64,000 nucleotides of DNA, from positions 1 through 64,000 of IMG/VR virus record IMGVR_UViG_3300033064_006579. One strand, given 5' to 3'. The notes under the pieces are model-generated. The model saw only the letters and a list, made by a program, of their open reading frames with translations. It was not told the DNA's origin and searched no databases. Made by a program: the position numbers and the translations under genes. Shown here piece by piece: positions 29,208 through 38,085 of the stretch. Numbering within the stretch: the stretch's first letter is position 1; every line of letters begins with the position of its first letter. The DNA comes from a virus.

Positions 29208-29791
29208 TAGTGCTCTTTATCAAAGAGGGATATTTTGATCAAATCGTAACCCTTTTGTTCTAAAAATTTATCTGTGGCGAAGACGCCTTGGACAGAGGAG
29301 GTGGTCATACCTCCGCCACCGTACTGCTTCACCCCGCGACATCTCATACAAGAATGGATACCCCTCATCACGACCATTGTGCCGCTTGGACGAACGTTAT
29401 TTTGAAGCGCCTCGGCGACCTCACAACATAAAGACTCTTGAAGTTGAGGGCGACTGGCGAAATGGTTAATGAGGCGCGCGCATTTGGAGGCCCCTAACAA
29501 TTCAGCCTTTGGTATATAAAGGACCCAAGCATGCCCTGTGAACGGCAGGAAATGATGCGCACAAGTGGAAATAAAATATACCCTATCCAACATGATAATC
29601 TGACTATAATTCCGATTATTAGGTGAAAGCTTATAATCATCAAACTCGCTGTCTATACAAGAGAAGAACTCTTGGCAGAACATTCGAGCCACCCTGTTGG
29701 GGGTATCTTTAAGGTTGGGATCAGACAAGTCCAACCCCAACCCTTCTTCCATCAACTTTCTAAAATGAGATTCGACCACCTTTGGGTTCAT
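29207..29791 (-). CDS. folE: GTP cyclohydrolase I
   Basis: Motifs DTPNRVARM, STCAHHFLPF, GASK..R, RPQLQE and HSCMRCRG. Confidence 0.92.
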   Translation of the reverse strand: MNPKVVESHFRKLMEEGLGLDLSDPNLKDTPNRVARMFCQEFFSCIDSEFDDYKLSPNNRNYSQIIMLDRVYFISTCAHHFLPFTGHAWVLYIPKAELLGASKCARLINHFASRPQLQESLCCEVAEALQNNVRPSGTMVVMRGIHSCMRCRGVKQYGGGGMTTSSVQGVFATDKFLEQKGYDLIKISLFDKEH

Positions 29792-29793
29792 GA

Positions 29794-30306
29794 TTAACCC
29801 GCGGCAGCAATACTTTTGTAAGTTTTAACGCGCTTCTTCGCAAAGTCTGCATTGGTATTACCCTTCTCTGCATACCTTGCGATAAAAACCGCCTCAATCT
29901 CCTCATCGGTTTTCTTTTCTTTGAGCAGCGACTTCATCAAATCGATATTGCTCAACTTCTTCCCTTCCGCTTCCTCCCTGGCCTCTCCATCGGCCTCTGC
30001 TTCTCCAGCAGGGTCGCCTTCAGTCAAATCCATTTTGGAGTCTTCGATGACATCAACATAAGAATTATAGAGCTTGACGACATCTGGAGGGATGAGCTTC
30101 TCTTGCTCTGTTCCCTCATCGACGGACTCGAAGCTGACTATAAAGCCCTTTACAATCGCCTCTTTTTTCTTCGCAACGAAAGCGATTTTATCGTCACCAA
30201 GGGCGCCGCAGTCATTCAAGCCCTTACACGCCGCCTTCAACGCCACAAAATCAAAACCCTCTACCTTCACCACTTTTTCAATCTGTGTTTCTGTCAACTT
30301 TGCCAT
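29794..30306 (-). CDS. Hypothetical charged protein
   Basis: Lies downstream of the promoter motif, with a GGAG RBS. Confidence 0.6.
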   Translation of the reverse strand: MAKLTETQIEKVVKVEGFDFVALKAACKGLNDCGALGDDKIAFVAKKKEAIVKGFIVSFESVDEGTEQEKLIPPDVVKLYNSYVDVIEDSKMDLTEGDPAGEAEADGEAREEAEGKKLSNIDLMKSLLKEKKTDEEIEAVFIARYAEKGNTNADFAKKRVKTYKSIAAAG

Positions 30307-30361
30307 TTCTACTCTCCTTTTCAATAATTTTTAGTTTCATTTTCATTTTCACTTTACCTAC

Positions 30362-30395
30362 ATTATAATGAATATCTACTGAGCCCTGAAAAAAT
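30362..30395 (-). promoter_or_regulatory. Putative phage promoter
   Basis: + strand ATTATAAT-N8-ACTGAG-N5-AAAAAAT. Confidence 0.6.
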
Positions 30396-30417
30396 AGATT
30401 TCCCCTCCTTTCGTTTT

Positions 30418-31071
30418 TTATTTTTCATCGCTCTCGCCGCAATCGGGCCATATAATCTTATGTATCTGTAAATTCAAGATAACATCAGAAAGACCAGCGA
30501 CTTGAATCCATTTAACCAGCGAGCTCGGATCTAAATCACAGGGTGAATAAACAAATTGAGCAAGACATCCCTTACTCTCGAATTCGAGCTTTTTCCTATT
30601 TGCCTCTCGAAAATCTTCAGCAGTCTGTATCACAAATTTAACAAAATCATTTCTCCTCAAAGCACAGAACACGGTGTCAACCATAAAATGTTGACAACCC
30701 GAACTCGGCAATTTATAATCAACCACCCAACTACCAACGCCAAACCCTATCGGATGATAGGAGCCATTTGTTTCGATCGACACCTTATAATCCAATCGAT
30801 AAAGCCTACGAGTCAATTCAAAAACAGCGTCAGTCTGAGCAAGTGGTTCACCCCCAGTAATAGTCAATTTATCAGAAGGATATTTTCGAACTTCTCGAAT
30901 AACATCCTCTGCCGACATCTCGTTACCAGCAGTGAAAGACCGAGCATAAGGAGTATCACAATAGGTACACTCCAAATTACAACCGGCGAACCTAATAAAA
31001 GTAGCTATCCTTCCTTGATGATATGCATTTGCTTCTCCATCGATACTCGAAAATATGCTATAAATCCTCAT
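30418..31071 (-). CDS. queE: 7-carboxy-7-deazaguanine synthase
   Basis: Motifs IFSSIDGE, FIRFAGCNLECTYCDT, TGGEP, IETNG and QIHK. Confidence 0.93.
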   Translation of the reverse strand: MRIYSIFSSIDGEANAYHQGRIATFIRFAGCNLECTYCDTPYARSFTAGNEMSAEDVIREVRKYPSDKLTITGGEPLAQTDAVFELTRRLYRLDYKVSIETNGSYHPIGFGVGSWVVDYKLPSSGCQHFMVDTVFCALRRNDFVKFVIQTAEDFREANRKKLEFESKGCLAQFVYSPCDLDPSSLVKWIQVAGLSDVILNLQIHKIIWPDCGESDEK

Positions 31072-31252
31072 CTTGCTCCTCCCCTTCTTCGGCCAATTGA
31101 TTATAAAGGTTATATATCCATCTCTGATCGCGATTCTTCCCAGTCATATAATAAAAAGAAATCAACCTACCGCTGGTGCGCTTAGCCACAAACCTCTCGA
31201 CCCCTTTAAGCCTCGCCCCGCCACCAAGATTACCGGCAAAGTAAATCCTCAT
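31058..31252 (-). CDS. MxIYFAG microprotein 2
   Basis: MRIYFAG...RLISFYY. Confidence 0.65.
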   Translation of the reverse strand: MRIYFAGNLGGGARLKGVERFVAKRTSGRLISFYYMTGKNRDQRWIYNLYNQLAEEGEEQDEDL

Positions 31253-31415
31253 CACTTTTCCTTTCGGCCTCTTCGGCCACACCGAGTAAGATCTTCATAT
31301 GGTTTTGGTAATAGAACGATAACAACCTATGAGTTAAACCAATCTCAAATAAACTCTCTTCATTCTCCTTCAATGTTCTTCTTCCTCCAGGGATACCTGC
31401 AAAATATATTTTCAT
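31230..31415 (-). CDS. MxIYFAG microprotein 1
   Basis: MKIYFAG...RLLSFYY. TAATG overlap with the queD stop. Confidence 0.65.
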   Translation of the reverse strand: MKIYFAGIPGGRRTLKENEESLFEIGLTHRLLSFYYQNHMKILLGVAEEAERKSDEDLLCR

Positions 31416-31789
31416 TATTCCCTCCACTCTGCGTATGAGTCGTCGCTTTCCCAAAGCCGTACTCGAATAACTTTCCTGCGATCATCATCCAGATACTTCT
31501 GAAGAACCGCGGCAAACTTAACAACAAGAATTTCTGCCGTAGGATTAAAAGTAAGTTGATTCAAATGTGTATGATCAATGCCTTCAAGCAATTTATCAGT
31601 AACAATTTTTTTCAACTCTCCGAAATCCATAATCATCCCATTGTCGGGGCGATCAAAATCGCTGACTACTTCACCAGCTACTTCAACTTCTAATTTGTAA
31701 TTATGGCCATGAAGATTCTTACACTTTCCTTTATGGCAGGGAAGAATATGAGAACCACAAAAACTAAATATCTTCGTTATCGATACCAT
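31415..31789 (-). CDS. queD: 6-carboxytetrahydropterin synthase
   Basis: Motifs H.L, CKNLHGHNY, MDFGELK, DHTHLN, PTAE and VRLWES. Confidence 0.93.
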   Translation of the reverse strand: MVSITKIFSFCGSHILPCHKGKCKNLHGHNYKLEVEVAGEVVSDFDRPDNGMIMDFGELKKIVTDKLLEGIDHTHLNQLTFNPTAEILVVKFAAVLQKYLDDDRRKVIRVRLWESDDSYAEWRE

Positions 31790-33307
31790 TTAATCTCTCC
31801 TCTCAAACTCGGCGTCGAGCAGCGGCTTACCCACGCCAAGTTGTTGAAGCACAACGACCTTGGCTAATTCGTTGAACTCCTCATCTCTGGCCGCACAAAC
31901 TCCAATCCTCATCACCCCAGCCAATTTCTCCTCTCTCGTTTGATTCAAAGTGTACATCAAATCAACATGAGCAGGGTTGCGATAATTTTCGCTCGAATCT
32001 GCTGCGCCGACATTTGCCCTATCCCACGATTTCCGAGCAGCTTGAGTAGCAGTAACAACCACAGCCTTCCTCTCTGAAGCTAATCGAGCATGATGCATCC
32101 AAAGTTCGTCAACAGCGTGCCTAAACTCGCCCGAAGGTCTTTGCATGATATCTGCATAATCGGTGATTATCATGTCAGGCGTGAAGCCTTCAGTGTATTG
32201 CAACACATCTAAATCACTTTCAACTTCATTCATTCCCGCAGAGAACCTCGGATAGGCCTTGAGGCGAAGACGATCGCCGTACATTTTAACAAAGCTCTCC
32301 GTTTTCTTTCGAACGACCCCCAAACCCATCGTGGGCCTTTCCACCTGCTCAAACCATGTCTCTTGAATATACTCGCCAGGGCCGTCGTGATCTCGACAAT
32401 AAGTGCAGATTTTATAACTCTTAGGAGTATCTTTAAAATGGACGGGTTTATCGTCACCACCCCGAAGCGCGATTTTACATGTTCTTTCTGCCAGATCGCA
32501 CTCATCTACTTGGTTTAAGAGACAATCAAACCTTGGGTATATAACTTGCGGCTGCCTCTTAGAAAAGGCGATAATGTTTTGATAAAATCGCCTTTTCATC
32601 CTATCCTCATCAATTTCAAAAGAGAAAAACACCACATTTCTCTTTTGCATCGCGACAAGAATGGCTAAATCCATCATCCACCAAGTCTTCCCCTTCTTTA
32701 TTGGGCCTAAAACAGCCACAAAATAATTCCTCAATAAAGGGCCGCTTAGTTGCCCGAGCGGCCCTGGATATTGAAAGACAATATCGTCCCTCATATCCAT
32801 TGCTTTATTAATCTCACTGGGAGTAAAGGGGTTGACCCATTTAGAAGTGGTCGCAGCAATTTTCTTATAGTTAGCAACAAGTGCATTGGCGTCACTATGT
32901 CTGTCCTGATCCAACATCTCTTCAACACCTTTGGCAAGGAACCTAAGATTACACTCTTCAATATACTTAATGCTTTCGCTAATTAAATACTGTTCGTTGA
33001 TACCATTTGTAGCTTCGTATTGATCTGAAATTTGGGCAAGAAGTTTCTCAATCAACTCTTTGTCGCCACTTTTTAGTTCACCCTTATTTTTATCAAAAAT
33101 GTTTTGTATATGTGCCCTCGGCGCCTCCTTGTAAACAGAATAGTAATCTCTAATCCACCTCAAAATAACTCGAACATAATCTATATCGATGGCAGAAATA
33201 TTTACCCTACTTATCACCTCCCTACAGACGACGTTAGAAATTATCGACCCTATCAATAAACTCCTCTCTACACCACTACTAATCCGCCTCCTCTTAAACT
33301 CAACCAT
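31790..33307 (-). CDS. DnaB-like replicative helicase with Cys-rich insertion
   Basis: Motifs GPIKKGKT, FSFE, DYAD and TATQ. The insertion carries C..C..C..CTYC. Confidence 0.8.
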   Translation of the reverse strand: MVEFKRRRISSGVERSLLIGSIISNVVCREVISRVNISAIDIDYVRVILRWIRDYYSVYKEAPRAHIQNIFDKNKGELKSGDKELIEKLLAQISDQYEATNGINEQYLISESIKYIEECNLRFLAKGVEEMLDQDRHSDANALVANYKKIAATTSKWVNPFTPSEINKAMDMRDDIVFQYPGPLGQLSGPLLRNYFVAVLGPIKKGKTWWMMDLAILVAMQKRNVVFFSFEIDEDRMKRRFYQNIIAFSKRQPQVIYPRFDCLLNQVDECDLAERTCKIALRGGDDKPVHFKDTPKSYKICTYCRDHDGPGEYIQETWFEQVERPTMGLGVVRKKTESFVKMYGDRLRLKAYPRFSAGMNEVESDLDVLQYTEGFTPDMIITDYADIMQRPSGEFRHAVDELWMHHARLASERKAVVVTATQAARKSWDRANVGAADSSENYRNPAHVDLMYTLNQTREEKLAGVMRIGVCAARDEEFNELAKVVVLQQLGVGKPLLDAEFERRD

Positions 33308-33318
33308 TCAATCCTCCT

Positions 33319-34539
33319 CTACACAACAAGCGCTTGATCTTTGAGATACGATGGTAGGGTTTGGCTATACATAATATCTGAACAAAGCCAACCCGGAGTC
33401 ACTTTTTGAAAATTCCCGTTCACTTGAACCTCGATGGCAGAAAAAACATAATCGACCAATCTTGTAGGTATCTTAAAATCAACACTTCTTATTTGGAGTT
33501 TCTTTTTGTTGATTTCAAAGAAGTCAATCATTTCAATAGACGCCTTCCTAAAACAATTCTCTTCGTAGATTGAAAAGCTACCTTTCGACTTAATACCTCC
33601 AAAGACTCTTCTTACATATTCACTTTTAAACTTATCTGTGATTTTTGGATAGTCATCTTCGAGTAACCCAAGTTTCGATGAAAACTTTGATAAAAAATCC
33701 TTTCCTGGCAAACATTCACTAAACCAACAATTGATTTCAATAGCAACCGAATATTGCCGTATCATTTTTTTTGTATATACTGAAAACCCCTCTAAAAATT
33801 CATACAACGAAACAACATATCCTGGAGATTTTATCACGTTCTCAAACTCTGGGATTTTCAATGTATTATAGTAGTTCTCTATCGACTGGGCTATTTTGGC
33901 TTCAGAAGTTCTTTTTAACTTCTTTTTCAGAGCCTTTAAAGAATTAATACCAATTCTTGATGTTTCTTTATGTACAGTCAGTGGTTTGCCAAAACCATTC
34001 CATAATAAAAACAATCGATATTCTGCACGACTCTCTTTTCTTCTTTTAATTTTGACATGACGTTGAGGCTTTGCCTCATTCTTATTCCTTTTAGGAATAA
34101 TTGTTACATTATTTTCTTCTAATATAGTATTATGTTTAAAGTCAACCTTAGGCCTGTCTAAAGGCGTACCAGGATCCAGGCCTAAGGTTGACTTTAACCC
34201 TGAGATTTCTTGATCTAATTCAATGAGTTTATCTTCGGTACTTTTTCTATGAATTTTTTTGTAATCTGTGACTTTTAAAATTCTTTTTCTACCATCAAAA
34301 AGGACTTGTTTTATAAAATTATTTTTTTTGAGTTTGCTTATTCCAACGCTAATCGTCTGAACCGTCGACTGCATATAGATTGATAAAAAAGTATTTGATG
34401 CGAAGCACCCGTTAGGTCCATCTAACATCTCTATTAAAGCGAATAACTTTTTATCTGCATCTGTTAATTCTTTATGAAAAAGGACTTCGGCTGGTAGAAC
34501 CAAGTATTTAAGCCACAACTTATTTTTCTCATCTTCCAT
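33319..34539 (-). CDS. Replication initiator-like protein (N-terminal winged HTH)
   Basis: LPAEVLFHKELTDADK...CFASNTFLS...ISKL. Lies between primase and helicase and contains a perfect internal inverted repeat. Confidence 0.7.
   Translation of the reverse strand: MEDEKNKLWLKYLVLPAEVLFHKELTDADKKLFALIEMLDGPNGCFASNTFLSIYMQSTVQTISVGISKLKKNNFIKQVLFDGRKRILKVTDYKKIHRKSTEDKLIELDQEISGLKSTLGLDPGTPLDRPKVDFKHNTILEENNVTIIPKRNKNEAKPQRHVKIKRRKESRAEYRLFLLWNGFGKPLTVHKETSRIGINSLKALKKKLKRTSEAKIAQSIENYYNTLKIPEFENVIKSPGYVVSLYEFLEGFSVYTKKMIRQYSVAIEINCWFSECLPGKDFLSKFSSKLGLLEDDYPKITDKFKSEYVRRVFGGIKSKGSFSIYEENCFRKASIEMIDFFEINKKKLQIRSVDFKIPTRLVDYVFSAIEVQVNGNFQKVTPGWLCSDIMYSQTLPSYLKDQALVV
34136..34197. repeat. Perfect 21-bp inverted repeat, candidate replication origin
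   Basis: TTAAAGTCAACCTTAGGCCTG-N20-CAGGCCTAAGGTTGACTTTAA. Confidence 0.75.
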
Positions 34540-35461
34540 CTAAGCCAATCTCCTTCCGAAGATACATCGCCTCGCTCTCTAAGAGGTCTGCAGGATCGCT
34601 ATCGCCACTCAACTCGATCACTTCTACATGCTTAATCTCATTATATAGCGTGAGTTTTTTAGCTAATTGGTGAGCAGATTCAATCGCTCTTGGCTCTGGG
34701 TCATACATAATGAAATAATTTTTAACCCCCTTTTTTAAAAGCTCTAACACTTGGGGCGACGTATAGTTGATGCCAAAAGTAGATACCACTCCACTTCCCA
34801 TTCGCCATACATCAAGAGGGCCTTCGACAATTAAAACTGTATCTCTTTTAATAGAGTCTATGTTGTAAAGTAGGTTTCGATCGAAACCTGGTCGATTTTT
34901 ATAAGATGCGTCGACTTTTCCACTTACGTCTCGAGATGTGAAATCGACAATGATGCCAGATTTAAAGACAGGAATAATAATTCTAAACCTCCACTTGCCA
35001 AGATTAGCACAAGCTTTGATAGAATATTCCTTTATAATGGCATCGGGATGGAAGTTTCTCTGCTCTAAAAAGGAGTAATGAAGCGGAGGGAGTAGATCTA
35101 AGGCTTCGGGAGGTAAAGAAAATGGCGAATCTTCTGCCGAAACGCCAGAAGAATAAGCCTCTCGCCCTCCTCTTATACCTAATATAAGGAATTGAGACAT
35201 CACCGCCTCTGCTGCCGAGTACGAGCATTTTTCTAATCTTGAAATAAGCTTTGCCGACCCTCCTTTTTCTCGACAGATCCAACATTTAAAAACCTTACTC
35301 TCAAGATGAATACCGCAATGGTTATTACCTGAGTAATCGTGGTCGCCGCAGAATGGGCAGGTTATGCCAATCCACCCCCTACTAAGGTTCCTGCCGCCAG
35401 TCCAATACTGAATATTGCGGCTCTCGAAATATGAGATTATGTCGAAGTCTCTGCTGTCCAT
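34529..35461 (-). CDS. DNA primase (Zn-binding + TOPRIM)
   Basis: Motifs CPFC...CWIC, RIIIP, IVEGPLD, YD and DPAD. Confidence 0.9.
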   Translation of the reverse strand: MDSRDFDIISYFESRNIQYWTGGRNLSRGWIGITCPFCGDHDYSGNNHCGIHLESKVFKCWICREKGGSAKLISRLEKCSYSAAEAVMSQFLILGIRGGREAYSSGVSAEDSPFSLPPEALDLLPPLHYSFLEQRNFHPDAIIKEYSIKACANLGKWRFRIIIPVFKSGIIVDFTSRDVSGKVDASYKNRPGFDRNLLYNIDSIKRDTVLIVEGPLDVWRMGSGVVSTFGINYTSPQVLELLKKGVKNYFIMYDPEPRAIESAHQLAKKLTLYNEIKHVEVIELSGDSDPADLLESEAMYLRKEIGLDGR

Positions 35462-35494
35462 AATTTAGGGTACTGGCGGGGAGGGATTTGAACC
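35462..35494 (-). repeat. Degenerate duplicate of the tRNA-like 3' end at 35845-35877
   Basis: AATTTAGGGTACTGGCGGGGAGGGATTTGAACC versus AATTTAGGATGCTGGCGGGGCAGGATTTGAACC. Confidence 0.65.
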
Positions 35495-35506
35495 CGCCCC
35501 TCAATA

Positions 35507-35827
35507 TTAGCGCCAAACCCCCGGCATGGGTAGGGCATGAGGCCAGTCGTCACGCAGATCGGTTGGCCCTTCATTTGGTCCATCGTCAGACAAATCAACG
35601 CTAGGAGGTTCTTTGCCTCGTTGATAGTCAGTTCCCCACCATATATCTCCAGTGAGTTTTTGATTGACGCATTTAATACACTCCCAAAGACTGTTTTTCG
35701 ATGCTCTAAAATAATAGGCAAAGTTGCTACCTGAAGTTACCTCTGGACCAGGATATTTAATTGCACCTAATTTTTCTCGCACCTTTTCAAGCTCATCTAA
35801 AAGATGTTTTATGTCAGCTTCTTCCAT
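35507..35827 (-). CDS. Hypothetical protein between the duplicated tRNA-like ends
   Basis: AGGAGG RBS and ATG start. Confidence 0.5.
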   Translation of the reverse strand: MEEADIKHLLDELEKVREKLGAIKYPGPEVTSGSNFAYYFRASKNSLWECIKCVNQKLTGDIWWGTDYQRGKEPPSVDLSDDGPNEGPTDLRDDWPHALPMPGVWR

Positions 35828-35852
35828 ATTTATCGCCTCCTTTCAATTTAGG

Positions 35853-36082
35853 ATGCTGGCGGGGCAGGATTTGAACCTGCACGGGCTACAATACCATCCC
35901 ATCTTGGCAGCCCGGTTGTTCCCCTCACGCCCTTCTTTGGAAACACCCGAACCTGTGAGGGGCCTGCGTCTACGCGATTGGCAAGCCTAATGAAGACGGT
36001 TCATGAGCGCCGTCTTCCCACCTCTGAGCTACACCCACGTCTTGCCAATCCCCTACTTCAATGTTCCGCCACCCGCCAGCAT
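35853..36082 (-). ncRNA. Expanded tRNA-like RNA (~230 nt)
   Basis: Acceptor TGGCGGG/CCCGCCA, D-stem TG-GCGG-AA...GTAG-ACGC and T-arm GCAGG-TTCAAAT-CCTGC. D-loop, anticodon arm and variable arm are all enlarged. Confidence 0.7.
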
Positions 36083-36084
36083 AA

Positions 36085-36300
36085 TCACTTATTTTTTTCT
36101 AAAATTGCTTTCTCGTGAATATAAGTGTATCTCATCTCAAGCCTCGTCATGCGACTTTCCATTGAGATTACTTCTTCTTTAAGATATTTAATTTCATTAG
36201 AGTTTATTTGTGTTAATAAAAAACCTAAAAAGAGACTAAGTGCAAGAAAGATAATTAGTATGCCCAGAATAAGAGTATCAAATGATTTTTTCATAGCCAC
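36085..36300 (-). CDS. Small membrane-anchored protein
   Basis: One N-terminal hydrophobic helix plus a coiled coil. Confidence 0.55.
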   Translation of the reverse strand: MAMKKSFDTLILGILIIFLALSLFLGFLLTQINSNEIKYLKEEVISMESRMTRLEMRYTYIHEKAILEKNK

Positions 36301-37634
36301 TCCTCGTCAAAATAGAGGCAAAGTCTGTGCCCAAAATGAGAAATTAAATAATAATGGCTCGGATTAAAATAATCTCTTATCGTAACATAAGATTTATCAT
36401 CGGTCGACCTCAACCCCCTGCCTATTGCCTGCAAAGTCATTACCTCACTCTTACCACCGCAGGCGTTTATGACTGTATCAAGGGATGGGATGTTTAGGGC
36501 TTTCCGAAAAACCGCAGTGGCGACGACGCATTTGATACTCTTATCTTCCATGGCGTCTTTGATCTCCATACGAATATCAGCGCCGGTACTTCCTTGCACA
36601 AAAACAAAATCAATATTATAAATACTCTTTGCCATCTCAACTATGTTCTCGCCATGCGCAATCTCTAATACGAGAATTAAAACGGTCTTTCCTCGATCGA
36701 TGTCTACAATAGCGTCAGTAATTACCTTCCTGTTCAGCGCTTTGTTCTCGACCACGCCCGTTTTGTAGACATCTCTATACGTCCTGAGCTTCTTTACGTC
36801 GTGATTCGTCGGGAGTTTAGAGATAATAATCTCCGGCTTCGAAAGCACTCCGTCCTCGACACCCTCTTGGATAGTGTATTCTTCGAGGACGGGGCCAAGA
36901 AGCCCCTCAAGAATTATCCTGTCTTTCTCCGAGTTTGGGAGGGTGGCTGTGAAGCCAAGCCTCATTGGCGCCATGCAATTCGTTAGAACCCTAGCGTACA
37001 TCCCATTGAGGGACGACATCCCCTCGTGGCACTCGTCAATAAGGATAATGTCGAACTCGTCGATGTAGGAATCGGGTTTTTTTCGATAGAATTTCTGGAT
37101 AGTGGTAGAATGGATTTTTTTAGGAAGATCTGCTCTGTGAGCTTTAACTTCTTTTGAGAATTGCGATATAGGCACATGAGTATTGCTTAGGAAAAGAACT
37201 CGCGCCGATGGGTAGCACGATAAAACACCAAGCATCTGAATTGTCTTGCCACTCGCCGTTGCAGACTTGATAACCCCACGTTGATAATTAATGGCAGCAC
37301 CTATCAAATCCCACTGGAAAGCCCACTTGCCCTCTTTGAGGTTTTTACCACTCAGATGCGGTTCTCTTTCTGGGGATAAATGATCTGCGTAGGTCTCGTC
37401 TACAGAATGAGAGATATTCTGGCGATCACAATATTCCCTTACTCTGTTGATGAATCCTGTTAAGAAAATCCCACCCTTTCCGATAAGGGATTTTTTATAT
37501 TCCTTACGGATCTTCCGGTACTGGGATTGACGGTAAAAATAGTCTGAATAGGAGAGGCATGGTTTAAGAAGCTCTCTGCCCTTCAGGATCTTAGAATGAA
37601 CTGGATCTAATATTTCAATTTCTACATCAGTCAT
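36291..37634 (-). CDS. SF2 helicase (UvsW-like)
   Basis: Motifs SATASGKT, DECH, TAT and QAIGRGLR. Confidence 0.88.
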   Translation of the reverse strand: MTDVEIEILDPVHSKILKGRELLKPCLSYSDYFYRQSQYRKIRKEYKKSLIGKGGIFLTGFINRVREYCDRQNISHSVDETYADHLSPEREPHLSGKNLKEGKWAFQWDLIGAAINYQRGVIKSATASGKTIQMLGVLSCYPSARVLFLSNTHVPISQFSKEVKAHRADLPKKIHSTTIQKFYRKKPDSYIDEFDIILIDECHEGMSSLNGMYARVLTNCMAPMRLGFTATLPNSEKDRIILEGLLGPVLEEYTIQEGVEDGVLSKPEIIISKLPTNHDVKKLRTYRDVYKTGVVENKALNRKVITDAIVDIDRGKTVLILVLEIAHGENIVEMAKSIYNIDFVFVQGSTGADIRMEIKDAMEDKSIKCVVATAVFRKALNIPSLDTVINACGGKSEVMTLQAIGRGLRSTDDKSYVTIRDYFNPSHYYLISHFGHRLCLYFDEEWL

Positions 37635-37840
37635 AATAAACACTATAAGTAAGCATTTTAAGGGGAGGACGTTATCACTCTCTTTAAAATGCAATCGATC
37701 TGTAGCCGATTATTCATCTTCCGATTATGTAGTATAATTGGCTTACGTGGACCACCCCACGTGCCAGGCCAAAGAAACAAATCCACTACTGACTTGCTCC
37801 TCCAAAAAACAATCACCTCCTTTCTAAGTGAATTAAAGAA

Positions 37841-38085
37841 AACCGGGAGGCCAGATTCGCAGGATCTAATCTAATGCGCTTACTGGCTTGCTTTTCCAAA
37901 GTCTAATCCGGATTAAACTTCGGTGTGTGACAACGGTTAAAGCCGAAACCGCCCGGATATGTAGACATTCATATCCGACTCAGCGATCAATGGCATTGTA
38001 TCTATTTCTTTCCAAATATGTATGGCGCCTTAGTTGACAAGAAAAGAAATAGAGAAGGTTACACACCACCTACAAGCTCCCGGTT
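37841..38085 (-). ncRNA. Putative structured ncRNA with tRNA-like acceptor/T-stem junction
   Basis: The ends pair (AACCGGGAG/CTCCCGGTT) next to a GCCAG/CTGGC stem. Several internal helices. Confidence 0.45.

Noticed and set aside
35853-36082. Canonical tRNA or tmRNA
   Set aside because: No 7-nt anticodon loop in the anticodon position. It retains a D stem, lacks the alanine G3-U70 identity pair, and no tag ORF is evident.
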